Shown: positions 13,374 to 26,752 of the stretch, piece after piece
How positions within the stretch are numbered: position 1 is the first letter of the stretch
How the letters are laid out: each line of letters starts with the position of its first letter
Assembly: GCA_965644295.1 (NCBI GenBank)
Contig: CBFFRP010000288.1
Coordinates: forward strand, 434,001-498,000
Length of the DNA: 64,000 nucleotides
Reading direction: 5' to 3'
DNA from: Paraphysomonas bandaiensis
Lineage: Eukaryota > Protista > Chrysophyceae
The notes under the pieces: model-generated
Told to the model about the DNA's origin: nothing
Databases searched by the model: none
What the model saw: only the letters and a program-made list of their open reading frames with translations
Translations under genes and position numbers: made by a program

Positions 13374-14063
13374 CTATAGATCTCTAATATGAGGGGGGGC
13401 CTCTCCCTTAGCTCCATCGAACTCCTCCCACGATATAACTCCATCCTTGTTTTTGTCCTCTTTGTTCCATATCCATTTCGGAATTTCTGTGGTTTTCATA
13501 TAGGTAGCGTACCATTGCACCATTTCGGGGTGTGTAATTAGCCAGTCACCATCCGCATCTAACTCCTTAAATATATTGCGTGTGGGTCCATTGCTTGTGG
13601 GTGAGGTGCCACTCTGGTTTGGTGGGATGATATCTACACATTTTACCTCAAACTTCAGTGTAGCGCCTCCGGGAATATGCTTCCCGGCGCTTTGATGACC
13701 ATATCCAAGCTCAGGAGGAACGATTAACTATATAAACAGCACATAATTAGCACAACGTTTGAAACTTAACACGTTACTCACCGTCCGTTTCTCTCCGACG
13801 CACATATCTAACAATCCCTGCTCCCACCCTTGAATGACAGTCCCCGCACCAAGTACAAATTCAAATGGCTGGCGGCTTTTGTCAAACAGCATTCCTTTAA
13901 CCCCCGTTGCAGAAGAATCATCTATAGTGCCTCTATAATGCATTTTCATTCTATCTCCATTGGAAGATTTCCTTGTGCATTCCGCTGGAAAATAGGTGGT
14001 TTCCACCCGAAGGTCTGCAAATGCCAATGAATGTACAAGTAGCCAACAGATAAGATAAAACAT
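13374..14063 (-). CDS. ER FKBP-type peptidyl-prolyl isomerase with two EF-hands (FKBP7/14-like), 2 exons
   Basis: Exons 14063-13782 and 13727-13374. Signal peptide; [33 protein letters not shown]|[21 protein letters not shown]; EF loops DADGDWLI and [13 protein letters not shown]; ends IRDL. Confidence 0.92.
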
Positions 14064-14505
14064 TTCAGAGATTATTATCAATAGCTCAAGCTAAGTAATA
14101 TGTTTATAGCTACTGTGTAGAAGTGTGGCAGTGAATATATGCATACTGAATGGAATCTTGACGAAACACGAAAAACGCCTATGTGCATACAGCAGTATAC
14201 ACTGCTGTGTATACACAACATAAAACGGGAGATACTACCGGGTACGGATAAAAATATTTCCATATATCCGTCAATTCATAATATCTTTTTTGGAAACATC
14301 ATCAGAATACATTCAACTATAAAGAATTTTCTCATATCAACAATTACACTTCTTTTTCAACGTGGACTGTATGGAATTCTTGTGAAGATATGTATGAATT
14401 CTTTCATAGATAAGATCATTATTTCATTACGAATCATCGTATATATAATTCAATCAATAAGTAAACAAAGTAAAGAAGTAAACAATTTGTTAACAGGAAA
14501 ACAAA

Positions 14506-14781
14506 ATGAGAGATAAAGCTAACAAGAGTAGAGGAAACCAGGGAAGCTATAACACCTCCCATGAACGAAAACAAAAGGCTCCTAATCGTACTCTGGACCA
14601 GCAAAACCTTGAGCGCATGGAACGACGCGAAAGAAGGTTGAGACTTGCCATTATCATCTTGTTAGTTTACTAATATACATCATTCTTTAGGGCCAAAATC
14701 AGAGATCAGCTGTCTTTCGAACGGAAAGAACGAAATGCCCTCACTAATGCCAACCCAACAGCAATGATAGGGAATCACTAA
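14506..14781 (+). CDS. Small basic 73-aa protein, 2 exons (absent from the ORF track)
   Basis: ATG in AAAATG context; exon 14506-14636, 54-nt GT-AG intron with CTAAT branch motif, exon 14691-14781 in frame. MRDKANKSRGNQGSYNTSHERKQKAPNRTLDQQNLERMERRERRAKIRDQLSFERKERNALTNANPTAMIGNH. Confidence 0.6.
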
Positions 14782-16020
14782 CTTTTTGTTGGGAAATATT
14801 TTTTATCTGATCAGAAACCAACATCATTAACATTTTCGTACAGCAATGTTTTATTTAGGCGATGTTTTTTTTCGATTTTGTTGGATTTCGTAGCATCAGC
14901 ATTTTTATAAGTTCTTAGTACATCACAGAGATAATTATGATAAGAAACCAATTTAAGCGCAGTATTTTACCTTCTTTATTTGTCATAGCTATCTAAATTG
15001 CTACGAGGAGACTGACAACATCTTGACTAAGAATACCAAGGCAATGTAGTGAACATACCGCCCTGAATTGACCCTCCTAAAGATGAAAGTTTTTAGTAGA
15101 ATATGATGAACTTGAATACGATCAAATAAATAGAGGCTTAGCTGAATTAATTTACTAAACACACAGTATATTAGTGTAAATGCAAGTTCGTTTACTATTT
15201 GTATGGGGCGCACGTTCTGGATGTTCTACCGCCTGAGGAAGAATATTACAAGGAACATCAAGGTAATACCATACGTAGGAGTAATTGATTAATAAGAGTA
15301 TTCGCTGTTCAGTTACTTAAGTTTACTCACCCTTATACCAAGTCGTGATAAGTAGAACCCCAGAAACCCCGATAACCCATTTTCAATATCAATGGATCAA
15401 TGGCTCTAGAACTTACCGTTACAAATGGTAGTTACTTCCAGTTCAACAAAGTGAGTGCTTACCGCACCCTCTCTGGTCAACCAAAATAATTTAGTACTCC
15501 CTTGGGATAAAATAAAAGTGTATATTACTGCTACATTGATATATGTACAATAAATATACACCTTCAAGTCTGTTTACTCATCGGATCTACAATAAAGCGG
15601 GATTTCTTCGCTCATGCAGATGCATTGCATATATAACTATTTTGATGTAGCAAATGTGGGTGATTTATGAAGCTATTACAGTACAAGGATAAGAATAAAG
15701 TATGCTTTATCCTCTATGCATGAAATAGTGATTGATAGCAAATTGAACAAATGGTATTACATGACATGTTTATATGCTCTACATATAATAAAACTGTGAC
15801 ATATAATGGCAAGCAATGGCACTTTTATCATGGAAGTCGCATTACAACAGCAATCACTACTCCAATGTGAGAGATATACTAGTCTCATATCCCTGTAAAC
15901 CTCTTAAATATAATAATAACTGCTGTCGCGACATGTTTTCGAGCTACTTATATTCACATATAAATGATTCATTTACGTATAATATCTTTCCTTGGTGTGC
16001 CCTTAATATACTAGGCACTT

Positions 16021-16215
16021 TTCAACTATGCGACAGCTTTCAAGCAATTCCAATGTACTCCCCTTTCAGATCGGAGAAAACGTACAATAAACAACATAGA
16101 CGACCAGTTCCTCAATGATAAAAGTCCTCGCACAAAACTAACACACCACAGAGACTTTGAAACAGCCATCTTCAAGTTCAATTGCGTCTACCTAATCGGA
16201 TTCTTCAAACTGTAG
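16021..16215 (+). pseudogene. Possible degenerate hAT-like transposase fragment
   Basis: Start-less open frame containing SPRTKLTHHRDFETAIFK. It resembles, from memory, the PRAxIVHxxDFExAxxK block of oomycete hAT-like transposases. Not verified. Confidence 0.25.
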
Positions 16216-16691
16216 TTTGTAACTAACATTTTGGCACACTCAAGTAAAGGTGAAGTCGAGACGGCATAGTTATTTCATACTTTTCTCGTCGCAGATTTCA
16301 CTCACGATAGTTAATCAACTGCAATTATCGATATAAAGGTCACATTAACTCTACCTTGATTTAAATATTCAGCCTTAGTGTATTACCTTCCACATCTTAA
16401 CAACAGTTTGTCCACATATGCCACATTCACCTGAGGTTTTCCTATTGAAATTTCGTATGATGGCTCAAGTCTACTGAAAACTGTAAAATCTAGAAAAAAA
16501 TCTGATGTTAGTGCTGAAACCCCTTAAATATTATTCAATTTAGGTGAAATAGTGATATGATGTGTTAAAATAGAGGGTTTTCAGCGTAAGTGCTGATAGA
16601 CAGTCTGTGGAGTTAAGGTGATGGTGCTTAGAGTTGCATGTATGCATATAATCATCAATCACACATCTGATAATAGATTGTCGTTGCTCTG

Positions 16692-17537
16692 ATGCTGTCG
16701 AGAATAGCAGTCTCATCAAAGTCAGTAATTCACACCTGTAAGTTTAATAGTCGGCTCAATCAGTGCCTATACTTCTCTTCGATTCAGTCCCCACAATCGA
16801 AGTTGTCAGAGAAATTCTGGACCCTGCCTAATGCTATTACTTGTACAAGAATCGCGGCCTCGCCTTTATTGGCCATAGCAATTATGCACGATATGAAGGT
16901 AGTTGCACTTGCAGGATGTGCGGCTGGCGCCATAAGTGATTGGGCGGATGGCTTTATAGCAAAAAACTTCAATCTAAAGGTGACTTAATTTTGAGTGCTA
17001 TGATTCCTATGATTAGATTTCGTAGAGTGTATGGGGAGGCATTCTTGATCCGTTGGCGGACAAAGTTTTCGTTGGTTGCATCGCAGGAGGACTTGTATAT
17101 AAAAACCTATTTCCTGTGGAGCTGCTGGCTGTCATTGTTGGACGAGATGTATTTCTCATTTGCAGCGGATTGGTTTTGAGGGCACTTGAGAAAAATGAGC
17201 ACTCTGATTTCTTTGATACTACTGCAGAGAGTGCAACTTTCGAGATAACGCCAACCACATTCAGCAAGGTGGGTCGTTCGTTACCTTCCTGTACTACGAT
17301 TCTTCTAACACTCGCTGTTTTCAATTTTAAATGCAGATTAATACAGGCATACAGTTCATGCTTCTCTCTTCTACACTCTCTTGTTTTTCTTTCGGATATC
17401 CTACTCTTAGCACACTAGAACCTCTGTGGTACCTCACTGCTTTCACTACCATTGGGTCCGGCCTCCAGTACTTTGATGGATCAGGTATGAGGGTACGCTC
17501 CGTGGAAGAGAAGAGGGCACAAAGGTTTACGTGGTAG
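16692..17537 (+). CDS. Mitochondrial CDP-alcohol phosphatidyltransferase (cardiolipin synthase-like), 3 exons
   Basis: Exons 16692-16979, 17026-17268, 17337-17537. TLPNAITCTRI, SDWADGFIAKNFNLK|SVWGGILDPLADK (CDP-OH motif), IVGRDV, PTTFSK|INT; Arg/Ser-rich transit-like N-terminus. Confidence 0.88.
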
Positions 17538-18449
17538 TTGATATTAGAGGAATGCCTAGACAATTATACGTAGAATTCTTAGAAATGTCCCAATCTGTAC
17601 AAACCTTACCTCGTTCTTGTTGCTCCATTCATTTGAAATGTGTATTAATCTGAATTAAAGAGAAGGAGCTTGTTCAATCAGAAATAGAAGTGAAATAATT
17701 CAATTAACAACCATTGACAAAGATTTTGGAGATGGTGTTGTATTTTTGAAGATGCTAGTTTTGAGATCTCTGAATTATCTCTCTAGCACCCACATTATCA
17801 ATAGTAGAATCGCGAAACGTTTATACATTTTGGATTTGTTTTCAAGTCTGAAAAGTTGAACTGAAATTTTTTGCGACAGTTCGGCTGGGTGCTAATGCAG
17901 GGGGTGACATGTTGTCAAAACTCTCAGGATGATTTAATTTGGTCAACGCTGCAGCTGAGAAGGTTAAAGGTTAGTGTAGATTATCATGGGTAACACAAAA
18001 TCATCTATCATAAAATAAGGCCCAATAATCACTTATGAAGTGTAAGCATTTTATACTCTGTACTCTGCGAGTGTGAGAAAACATGACATGTTGAGATTTA
18101 CTGTTATAGAAATATTTAAAGTCATTTTGAGAATTTTAAGTCGCTATTAGTTGCTACAACATCGTTTCGTGACATAATGTAGAGTCTGCCGGTACCCGGT
18201 ACAGCCAAGCAACACATAGAATTCTACCTGTGAGTGATATAAATCCAATGAGCATTATTTTCGCGTTGAAAGTAGCTGGTACTCTATGACAAGCCTTATT
18301 ATTATAGTGCATAGATTCTACACTATCCACAAACAAGTTACAACGATTACAAGTGCATGCTCTTCTCAGCCCCATTTTATTACAAAGAAGACAATACGAT
18401 TGTCATCATATCAGTACAACTGCATCATTATTCATTTACATATACTGTA

Positions 18450-19764
18450 TTATGGACGTCTTATACGATCACCAAAGTAAGACTCCAAAATCGTAATAAT
18501 ATCATTGGGAATCTGAATAACAAAGTCAAACTTGGGTGCTTTAGTTACCACTTTATCTGTACTAGTTATATTCTCGTTTGATAGCATAGAGTGGGAACCT
18601 GTACTGCCGGTATCAGGTCGAAAGTATCGAAGAATTTCCGGTGATATATCATTCTTTAGGGCAAATATTAGAGCTGTCAGGTTTCTCATAGCTGACTCAG
18701 CAGCACAACTTGTGGGGCCCAACCAGGCCTCAACAGAGTCTGTGCGTAGCTCAAGTGGCTCTTTAAATTTACTGCTGCCATGAACAGAAGAACTATCGGT
18801 GACTCGGTGGTGTGTGAGAACAAAAAACGACAATTTCGGTGTTGTTCTTGTCACGAGGTCTGAGAGGGAGACGCATGAAGGAAACTGGTCAGATGTTGGG
18901 GTAGCAAGGTTCATGCCGCGTAATAAAGAGAATATGTCCCCACGCCCGCTGCGGAGGAAGGGGCACTCAACACAGCGAGTCGGCAAAACAAGGAAGAGGA
19001 GACCAGTCTTAGGTCTGAGGTGTAGACTGAGTCTGACAATATTCAGAGAAATAAGATAATGCATTCGCAGTCGCAAAATATAAGAGAAATATACCTGGCT
19101 AGCATCTCACCCCTTTTCTCCGGTGTAGAAACGCAGTTAACTACCTACAAAACAACTAATCAGAATGACTTCACTGAAACCCCAATATTTTAAATACCAT
19201 GGAGCATACAATGACATCATATAGTCCTTCGGGTGGGATATCAAAGAAGTCTATTTCCTCTATAGCTGAATGCTGAAAATAAAGCGTTACGCAACTAAAA
19301 CTATACCATATTTCATACCTGCGAATTAATATCGATCGCCCTAACATCTAATCCAGAATACTGCTTCAGCTGAATATTTATCGCTCCTACCTCCAATGTC
19401 TTCAGCTTCATCTTTTTACCATTACCGTATGCACCAAGTTTTTGTAAAGTTGAAACGACCCATTTACTCGTCTAGTATTGAAATTAATGACTAAACATCA
19501 AAGCACTGTGTATACCTTATGATGTCCAGTCGTTACCACGGAAGCTTGTTGGTAGCGATTGCGACCACCCAGCCTTTCTATTTCATTCATAATTTTCTCC
19601 TTTTCAAGCACACGTTCTTCTTCTGGTATATCATCAGTAATATTTCCCAATTTATTATTCAATTCGTGAAATTTGGATGTTATTATGCGGGCCTGACGTC
19701 TGGACTTTACTGAAGGGCCTCCTATAGGGACCGTACCTGTAAATAGCTTCCTTTTCCTTTTCAT
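18450..19764 (-). CDS. BMT2: 25S rRNA adenine-N1 methyltransferase Bmt2-like, about 5 exons
   Basis: Spliced product contains LGGRNRYQQAS, TSKWVV, TLEVGAI, VRAIDINSQ, IEEIDFFDIP, YDVIVCSMVVNCV...RGEML, LFLVLPTRCV. Confidence 0.85.
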
Positions 19765-21423
19765 TGCATATGATTAAAATCACAATGATTATAATTCACA
19801 ATGAATTGATATGAAGGTACAAGTGGTTTGTACATGAATTTATAGGCATTGGACACTGATGATTGAGGCTGTATCAGAGCCACTCCATACGTACAAGAGA
19901 AAGCAGGCAGGTTTTCTTAAAACTGGCAATTTTTGGTTTCGTATAGACGAAAACTGGTTTACAACTACTGTATATTTTGTACATGTAATTAAATTTCGAT
20001 GTCCACTCCTGTCCATGTCAACATACATAATCACAGCAAACTTGATGTCAATATCTAGATATGGATGTAATACCAGGCAAGATCAGTGAATGGGATGCAT
20101 ACCAGAACACTACATGAGAACTGTTAAGTAATGTTAATATATAGAACCATAGCTCGAATAACTACTACACGACTGGAGGAATGTGGGAGCATTAGAAGTA
20201 AAGGCCATCGCCAGCAACATATTCGACACCTCCTCTCAACATCGCACAGCATGCCTATGAGTGAAAGCCTTCAAGAGAGAGCTAGTTAACTTGTAAATCA
20301 ACTCAATACACGCTATAAACACAGTGTCATGCAGAGGCACAGCCCGTTGTCTTCTTCCGAAAGTATCGCAATTATCATTTTTATACAACCAGCACGTGAA
20401 AGCCCAAAAAGTTATGATCAAAGTACTTGTTTCATCTACTTGCAAATAAGTGTTCCTTGTTATCTTAGCGACAAATTGTGCACGATACATACATCCTCGT
20501 TCAAGTATTACACCACTACAGATGGCATGAATTACTTCAGAATTTATAAAAATCTCTAATAAAAGTAATGACAACATAAAGCATTACAGAGATGAATTAA
20601 GTATATAAAGACTGGAGTGGAGATTAGAGTTGAAGCTTTTATTTTAAAATTATTACGTAAGAACTTAAACTATGCGTTGTACGTAATGACATATGAACCA
20701 AAATGACTATTGACTGCCTTTAGTTATTTTCTTAAAATTATATGTTTTAGCTTAGTTAAATTGATTTCAAATTATTACTACCGCATTAATGGTCAGTAAT
20801 ACTTATATATAGTGACTACGGTTTAATTTCTAGCTGGTACTATGCTCCATCACAGCCAAATTACCACTAATTCTTGGAACATAATAGAGTTTATGAATGT
20901 TAATTCAAATATAAACCCAAGCCATTTCTTTCTTAGCATGACTGATATACTGACTCAATACATACCAAATTTCTTCCAAGGTTCATTTATCCAATTATAT
21001 CAGGTTTGGTAGTTGGTAGTTGGTATTGTTATAATTATTCAGTCTTGATCTATGCCCACATTACCATCAGTTGATGAAGAGATGTTTAATTCATCTGACT
21101 ACTGGAGAGAATATTACTTTTCTAATCTTACACACACAAGGCATAAACGAAATCAAAGAAATATTCGAAATTTTCCTTCTCTATTATATTCCATTCCGCG
21201 ACGTTTCATAACGTATGCAGTATCCAGTAACATACACCATATAGTTGTGACATATAGTTAGCTAGTCAACACTCCTCAAAAAATACAACATGTGACAGGT
21301 AGTGTAAAACAAGTGAAAAGGTGGTGTTGTTACACGAGCTATGATTATCTTAAAGAATATATATGAGTATTATACTTGTATATACAGAACAGCTCCTAGA
21401 ATCCAAAGATATCACCACACACT

Positions 21424-23252
21424 TCAAATATAATCACTCTTATAGTGCTTCAAATTCTGTCGCAAAATTTCGGCCACAGTCACAGCTCCAAAAAAATAAA
21501 TCATAGCCAAAAAGGATATGATCCCAGATATCTTGAGGGTAATAATCACAAAGCCGATAATATCTGTGTCTGACCACTCTGGACAGCGATACTCTCCTGC
21601 AGTGACATTGGCCCCAACTGGAAACTATATAGACAATATGAGCACAATAGATACCATACATTAAGGGCAAGCAACGTATAACATCATTGGTTAAACCTAT
21701 ATACCACTACTAAAGCATTTTACATCAAAATAAACTGTGCAATAACGAAAGATATGATCTCTTACATCATCGCAACAACAGCAACTTGCTAACTCCTGGA
21801 AACAAGCAATATCTTGAAGCGTACCCCTGCAGCGAAAATTTTAGAAACATGACAAAAGATTGACATCAATCAACTGCCACATGCGATGTAAGATACCCTA
21901 CGGACCTGTTGATCAGCGTGAAAGAATCAGACCACAGAATAGCAAATAGAATGCAAGCCACACCAGCTGCAGCTAATCCAATAAGAATAACCGAAAGTAA
22001 AAAAATTGACCTACGTGAATATATTACAAATTGTGACTAAAGGGCACATAACATGCCCTATTCTATTCTCATACATTCCCAGCATTATACGGGACTTCAG
22101 TCGACCAGCACCTATTCCTAGTGGCATTTGTATAACTTCAAATATACTCAATGACAAGAACACGTAGGGGACCCAATACGTGCTCATCTCTGAACCTTCC
22201 CCATTTCTCCCGTCGTATTTTCTATGTCAAATATGAACAATGTGTAGATGTGGGGCACATCAAAATACCTCATCCACCACGTCCAGGCCGCTACTGCCGA
22301 AGTTCCCCCAATCGGAAGCATCAGCAAGTAATTAATGGTGTCATTCATACTCTGGGTAATGACTGATGCCGTCAGGATAGTTGTGCATATATACATGGAC
22401 AGAGCAATCTGAAGCACATTGACGATACCCATAATACCCTGGGCGAGAATCAGGGTCCTGTCAAAAAAAGATTAACAACGTCTTCATGTTTTGTCACCCA
22501 ACAGTACGACATATGAAACTCTGCTTAATAATATATTACCTGCCCAGCTCCAGTGCATCGCTCTCAGCCCTGTTCCGAATTATAGCACAGTCTGTGTGGC
22601 CATACTTATCCATGCACCATTCGTCCAGAGAATTATAATCTGGGCCTCCAAAAATAGGTGCTACACATTCTCTGTCATACGTATCACCTTCACAGAAAAA
22701 CTGTCGGATCTACAAAAAACTTTCGTTAGTAGGTGTACAGACATACTATGCCAGCAAATAGACACTATGAAACACCATAGGTGCACGGCATGTTTACAAC
22801 AATCCAACCGAATGCATAGTGCTCCCAAGTGATAGTAAGCCATGAAATACCTCTGAAAAAGTAGGCTCCTGCCAGTAATGTTGAAACCAAACGCTAATGT
22901 AGACATAGAAATCGAAGCCAGCAATTGCAGCCAACACCATGGGACCAATGAACATCGTGATTCCCCAAAAATAGAAGAGTAGCAATTCAAACGATACCAG
23001 GTGAGCTCCGCGCATACCAATAATACATATCGTGGTCATGGCAACACCTACGATTCCAAGAACTAACCAATTGAAGAATATTGTATCAGTTGCTTGAGCA
23101 GACTGGTAAAATAAAGCGCACACTAGAAAAGAGAATCCCGACATAGCAATGAAACATATCGCAAGTATTAATGAGTTGAAAAACAAGATTTTCCTTGGAC
23201 TTTGTGTTATAAATACCCTCACTGGTGGAATGCTTTTGACTCTGTCCCACAT
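21424..23252 (-). CDS. Multi-exon multi-pass membrane protein, tandem tetraspanin-like
   Basis: Three TM helices (IIGMRGAHL..LLLFYF), a Cys-containing loop (FFCE..ECVAP..WCMDKYGHTDC), TM4, then a second hydrophobic unit with a CCCC loop; ends LKHYKSDYI. The 3' exon boundaries are approximate. Confidence 0.6.
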
Positions 23253-24783
23253 CGTTCGATATGAATAATCCCGCAACGGATCAGATCAGTATTTAAGAAC
23301 TACAAGATACAAGACTAGTTCAACAACTATTTCGTCAAGTATTCATACAATGAGAGCTCTGATCATTGAAGTGGATGATAATCCTCATATATATACGATG
23401 TAAATGTCAGTATCGTGTGATTTAATAGCTTCTATATGAGTATTTTTATATTTTAATTGTTGTATGTGGATTCCTGTAGAGAAGAGGTATACGGTGGTAT
23501 ACATTTCAGTATTATATCTTGGAGCAGCAGTGTGGTGGGTGGATATACAGGCAGCGGCACCATATCTACTGGGATCATATGATCAGAGATCCATATAAAG
23601 CAACAGGGTTATTGAAAGCGGCCTCTAGTGTATGAGGATTGGTATAAGCATAGCGTTTATTCTTTATGGGTGTTAGGTTTAGTATTTTATGAGAAAGAGA
23701 TCTTTCTAGGGTTCATTATACAGTCTTTGCTATTGATTTATCGCACAGTTGAGTGTTAATCTATGAAGCAAATATTGTACAGTGATATTCTCGGCTCATT
23801 CCTGTAGCATAGCTATCAGTGCATAAGTGTAGTACTAGTAAGCCGATAGAGTGTGGTGTTGAATCTTAGTAATACCATATGGTACTACATGATACTGCCA
23901 GAAACAAGTACATGTTCTATGTTCCATGCATACATTTGTGATGGATATGCTGCACATACTCTGAATATATTGGCCCGTTTTTAGTGATAAAACATCGAAC
24001 TTAATATATATATTAAAAAAGTTGGCTTATGTGGGGAGAATGACAATTTCACACAGGCTGTATACTTAATGATTGGGATACAGCTTGTTTATTGTTTAGA
24101 CGTTTCGACACACCTTTTACACAGTGTCATTTCGGTAGTAGCACTCAAAAGCTAATTTCTGTTACGTCATCACCCAAGATAGAAATTTGAAGTCAAGCTG
24201 TCTTTACTAGACCCAATGTGGTACTTAAGTGCTTAAAGATAAGTTAAGCTGCGGAATAGGATCGCAATGTATATATTATATATTACAAGCAAGCAAATAT
24301 TAATTCAGCTATTCAGAAGTAGCTCCTAGGTTATCAACAAATAAGCAACTATATTTAGCTTCTGTTGTACACACCAAGAATAGAACGGTATGAGGTCAGT
24401 GTTAGCATGTTTTGTTTTTGTTGAAATACTCGCTCTGCACTCTGGCTATCCTGGTGAGTGCCGGATAAATTTTCATTATTAAAAGAATGACAAAAGATAT
24501 TGGATGATGCTGTCTAATAGATACCTTTACTAGCAACGAATAATTTCTAGAAACAAGCATAATGTATATGCTTACACTTGTAGCAACAGTGCAGCAACAA
24601 CAAGCGAATGTGTGCTAGGTAAATGTTGTGTAAATTATTTCTTACATCACGACAGCAAAATGCATCGAGTAAAGAATTTTACTTGCAGCACAATAATACT
24701 CATTAGTTAATGTGAATAAGTACAATTCGCACGTAAATGCCAATCAAAATAGCAACGGATGTACACATCACTCATGCATCACT

Positions 24784-26312
24784 TTATTCTTCTAAGGACG
24801 CACCAATATCTCTCAGTCTTTCGAACTCAGACATGTTGTTGAGTATAGCCTTCCTCTTTCCAAGGTGATACCGTTGAGAGATAAGACGCTCCTGGGATAA
24901 AACGTCATAAATACTGGTAGTGTTGTGTAAAACGCATAACAACAGATATCGACATAACAACACACATTCATCGACAGATATATGCACTACTAGACAAACG
25001 ATAAATCAATTCCACACCTGCAGGGCCATAAGGGCGGATGAAGTTATAACAAATTTCTCTCTCCGCACAATATCGTAGACATTAGCATTCTGTCGAAACA
25101 CAAAGTTAGTCAAAAAGTACGGAGAGCTATGCATATGAAAATAACAACATAATATTCCATAACAGAAAATTAACTGCGGTCAGGCTATCGCCGACCATCA
25201 TCAGTCATTATCTACTACAGCATGCGTCACACCTCTAAACAGACATACCTTTTGTTCGATAGTCTTCACATGCTGGATGTTTCTACTCGCGACGGCTAAG
25301 TTCTTCTCCACCTCATCTACAACAAAATATAAGATGGAATATTTAGATACGTTGTAAATGTTAGGTGACGAGCTGGTCTGCAGCTCACAACAGTACAAAA
25401 TGTTTGGCATTAAAAACAGGAATAGGAATTTCTACAAGGTAAGCAACACATACAACAGGTTACCTACCATCCACAAACAAGGCCAAGGAACCAAGTAATC
25501 CGTGGCTGTCTAGTAGAGAAGTTAAGTCCTTTGTGCGGTGTGACTGAGGTAAAAAGAAGTCAGGTTTAGAACACAAATCATATGGTGTATATATGTCGAG
25601 TGATTGGTAAGGTACAAATTTAATAAAGCGTATATGTAGTTATGATACAATATAACTAATAGTAATATGTTCTGGTTGCTGTGTACTAAACTCTACTGAG
25701 TCATAAACATACCTCAAGCTCAAGCTTGTCGACAACAAATAAGTTACCCTCTCGGTACTTAGACGCTAGTGCCACCATCATCCCTAATGCCCTCATTTTC
25801 CTATTCAGACTAAACGAGAAATCTCTAAGGACTGGACCATGGGCTTTAGCGCCTCCGCGGCGGCCCGCGGCACGGTTCTGGCCAACACGCGCGCGACCCG
25901 AGCCTTTTTGCTGACGAATTTTACGGGTTGATCCACGAATATCTCCAACTCGCTTAGTGCATTGCGGCTGTCGTAGCTTTGCACGCTGATAACGGACAAT
26001 TTGGTGGATTATATCTTGTCGAATAGCAACTCCAAACACTCTGGGGTCGAGGGTAACAGACTCTGATGTGTTTAAATCGGGGTTCTTGAAGCTCTTAACA
26101 GGAATTGAAGTTTCTTGAAACTTAGGAGGAAATAAAAATTCAATAGGAGTAACAGGGCTCTCTTTCGGTGGCTCTAACACCGCAGTATCAGCCAGTTCAA
26201 GATTAGGGGGTACGGATGCAGCCAGTGACTCATTGGTGGTACATGTACGTCGAAAGAGTGAACCTACTCTAGACAGGCTACGTCGTGACGACATAATACC
26301 GAAAAGCGACAT
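24784..26312 (-). CDS. MRPL4: Mitochondrial ribosomal protein uL4m, about 5 exons
   Basis: Transit peptide; VFGVAIRQDIIHQIVRYQRAKLRQ, RKIRQQKGSGRARVG, GGAKAHGP, LNRKMRALG; later exons with ASRNIQHV and ANVYDIVRREK. Confidence 0.9.
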
Positions 26313-26752
26313 AATTATAATGCAATTATGACAGATATGGTGTAATGTACAGGCACGTCGCAGTCAATGAATTGCATTGAAATTAATTAGTTCAGTCTAT
26401 AGAGAGAGTGTATATATGGTATACACGTACACGGATGGAGTACAAAAAACATGCCCACTCTGAACTGCTACTGGCCTTCACTTCATCACTTCACAGATCT
26501 CATCAGCAGCAGCGACCAAAAGGTGTATGCTGCTGTCCGAGGTGTACATGTATATATACTATATACTGAATGTAGAGTATGATATACAGCAGCGTATTCT
26601 GTTTCTGCTTGTTCTTCACATATCTCGAATCGTCCCATTGCATACCGCATACACACTTAGTTTCCCACCTATCCACCTTAATCAACTTACATATCCCCGA
26701 TCGTGCTGCCTCTTCATAAACGAGTTGTTTGTTTAAACTCACTTTATCACGT

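Noticed and set aside
16513-16585. 12-bp inverted repeat GCTGAAACCCCT / AGGGTTTTCAGC
   Set aside because: Single short occurrence with no TSD; could be chance.
20148-20285. LEECGSIRSKGHRQQHIRHLL, reminiscent of a SAM-domain helix
   Set aside because: Too short and not part of a supportable gene model.
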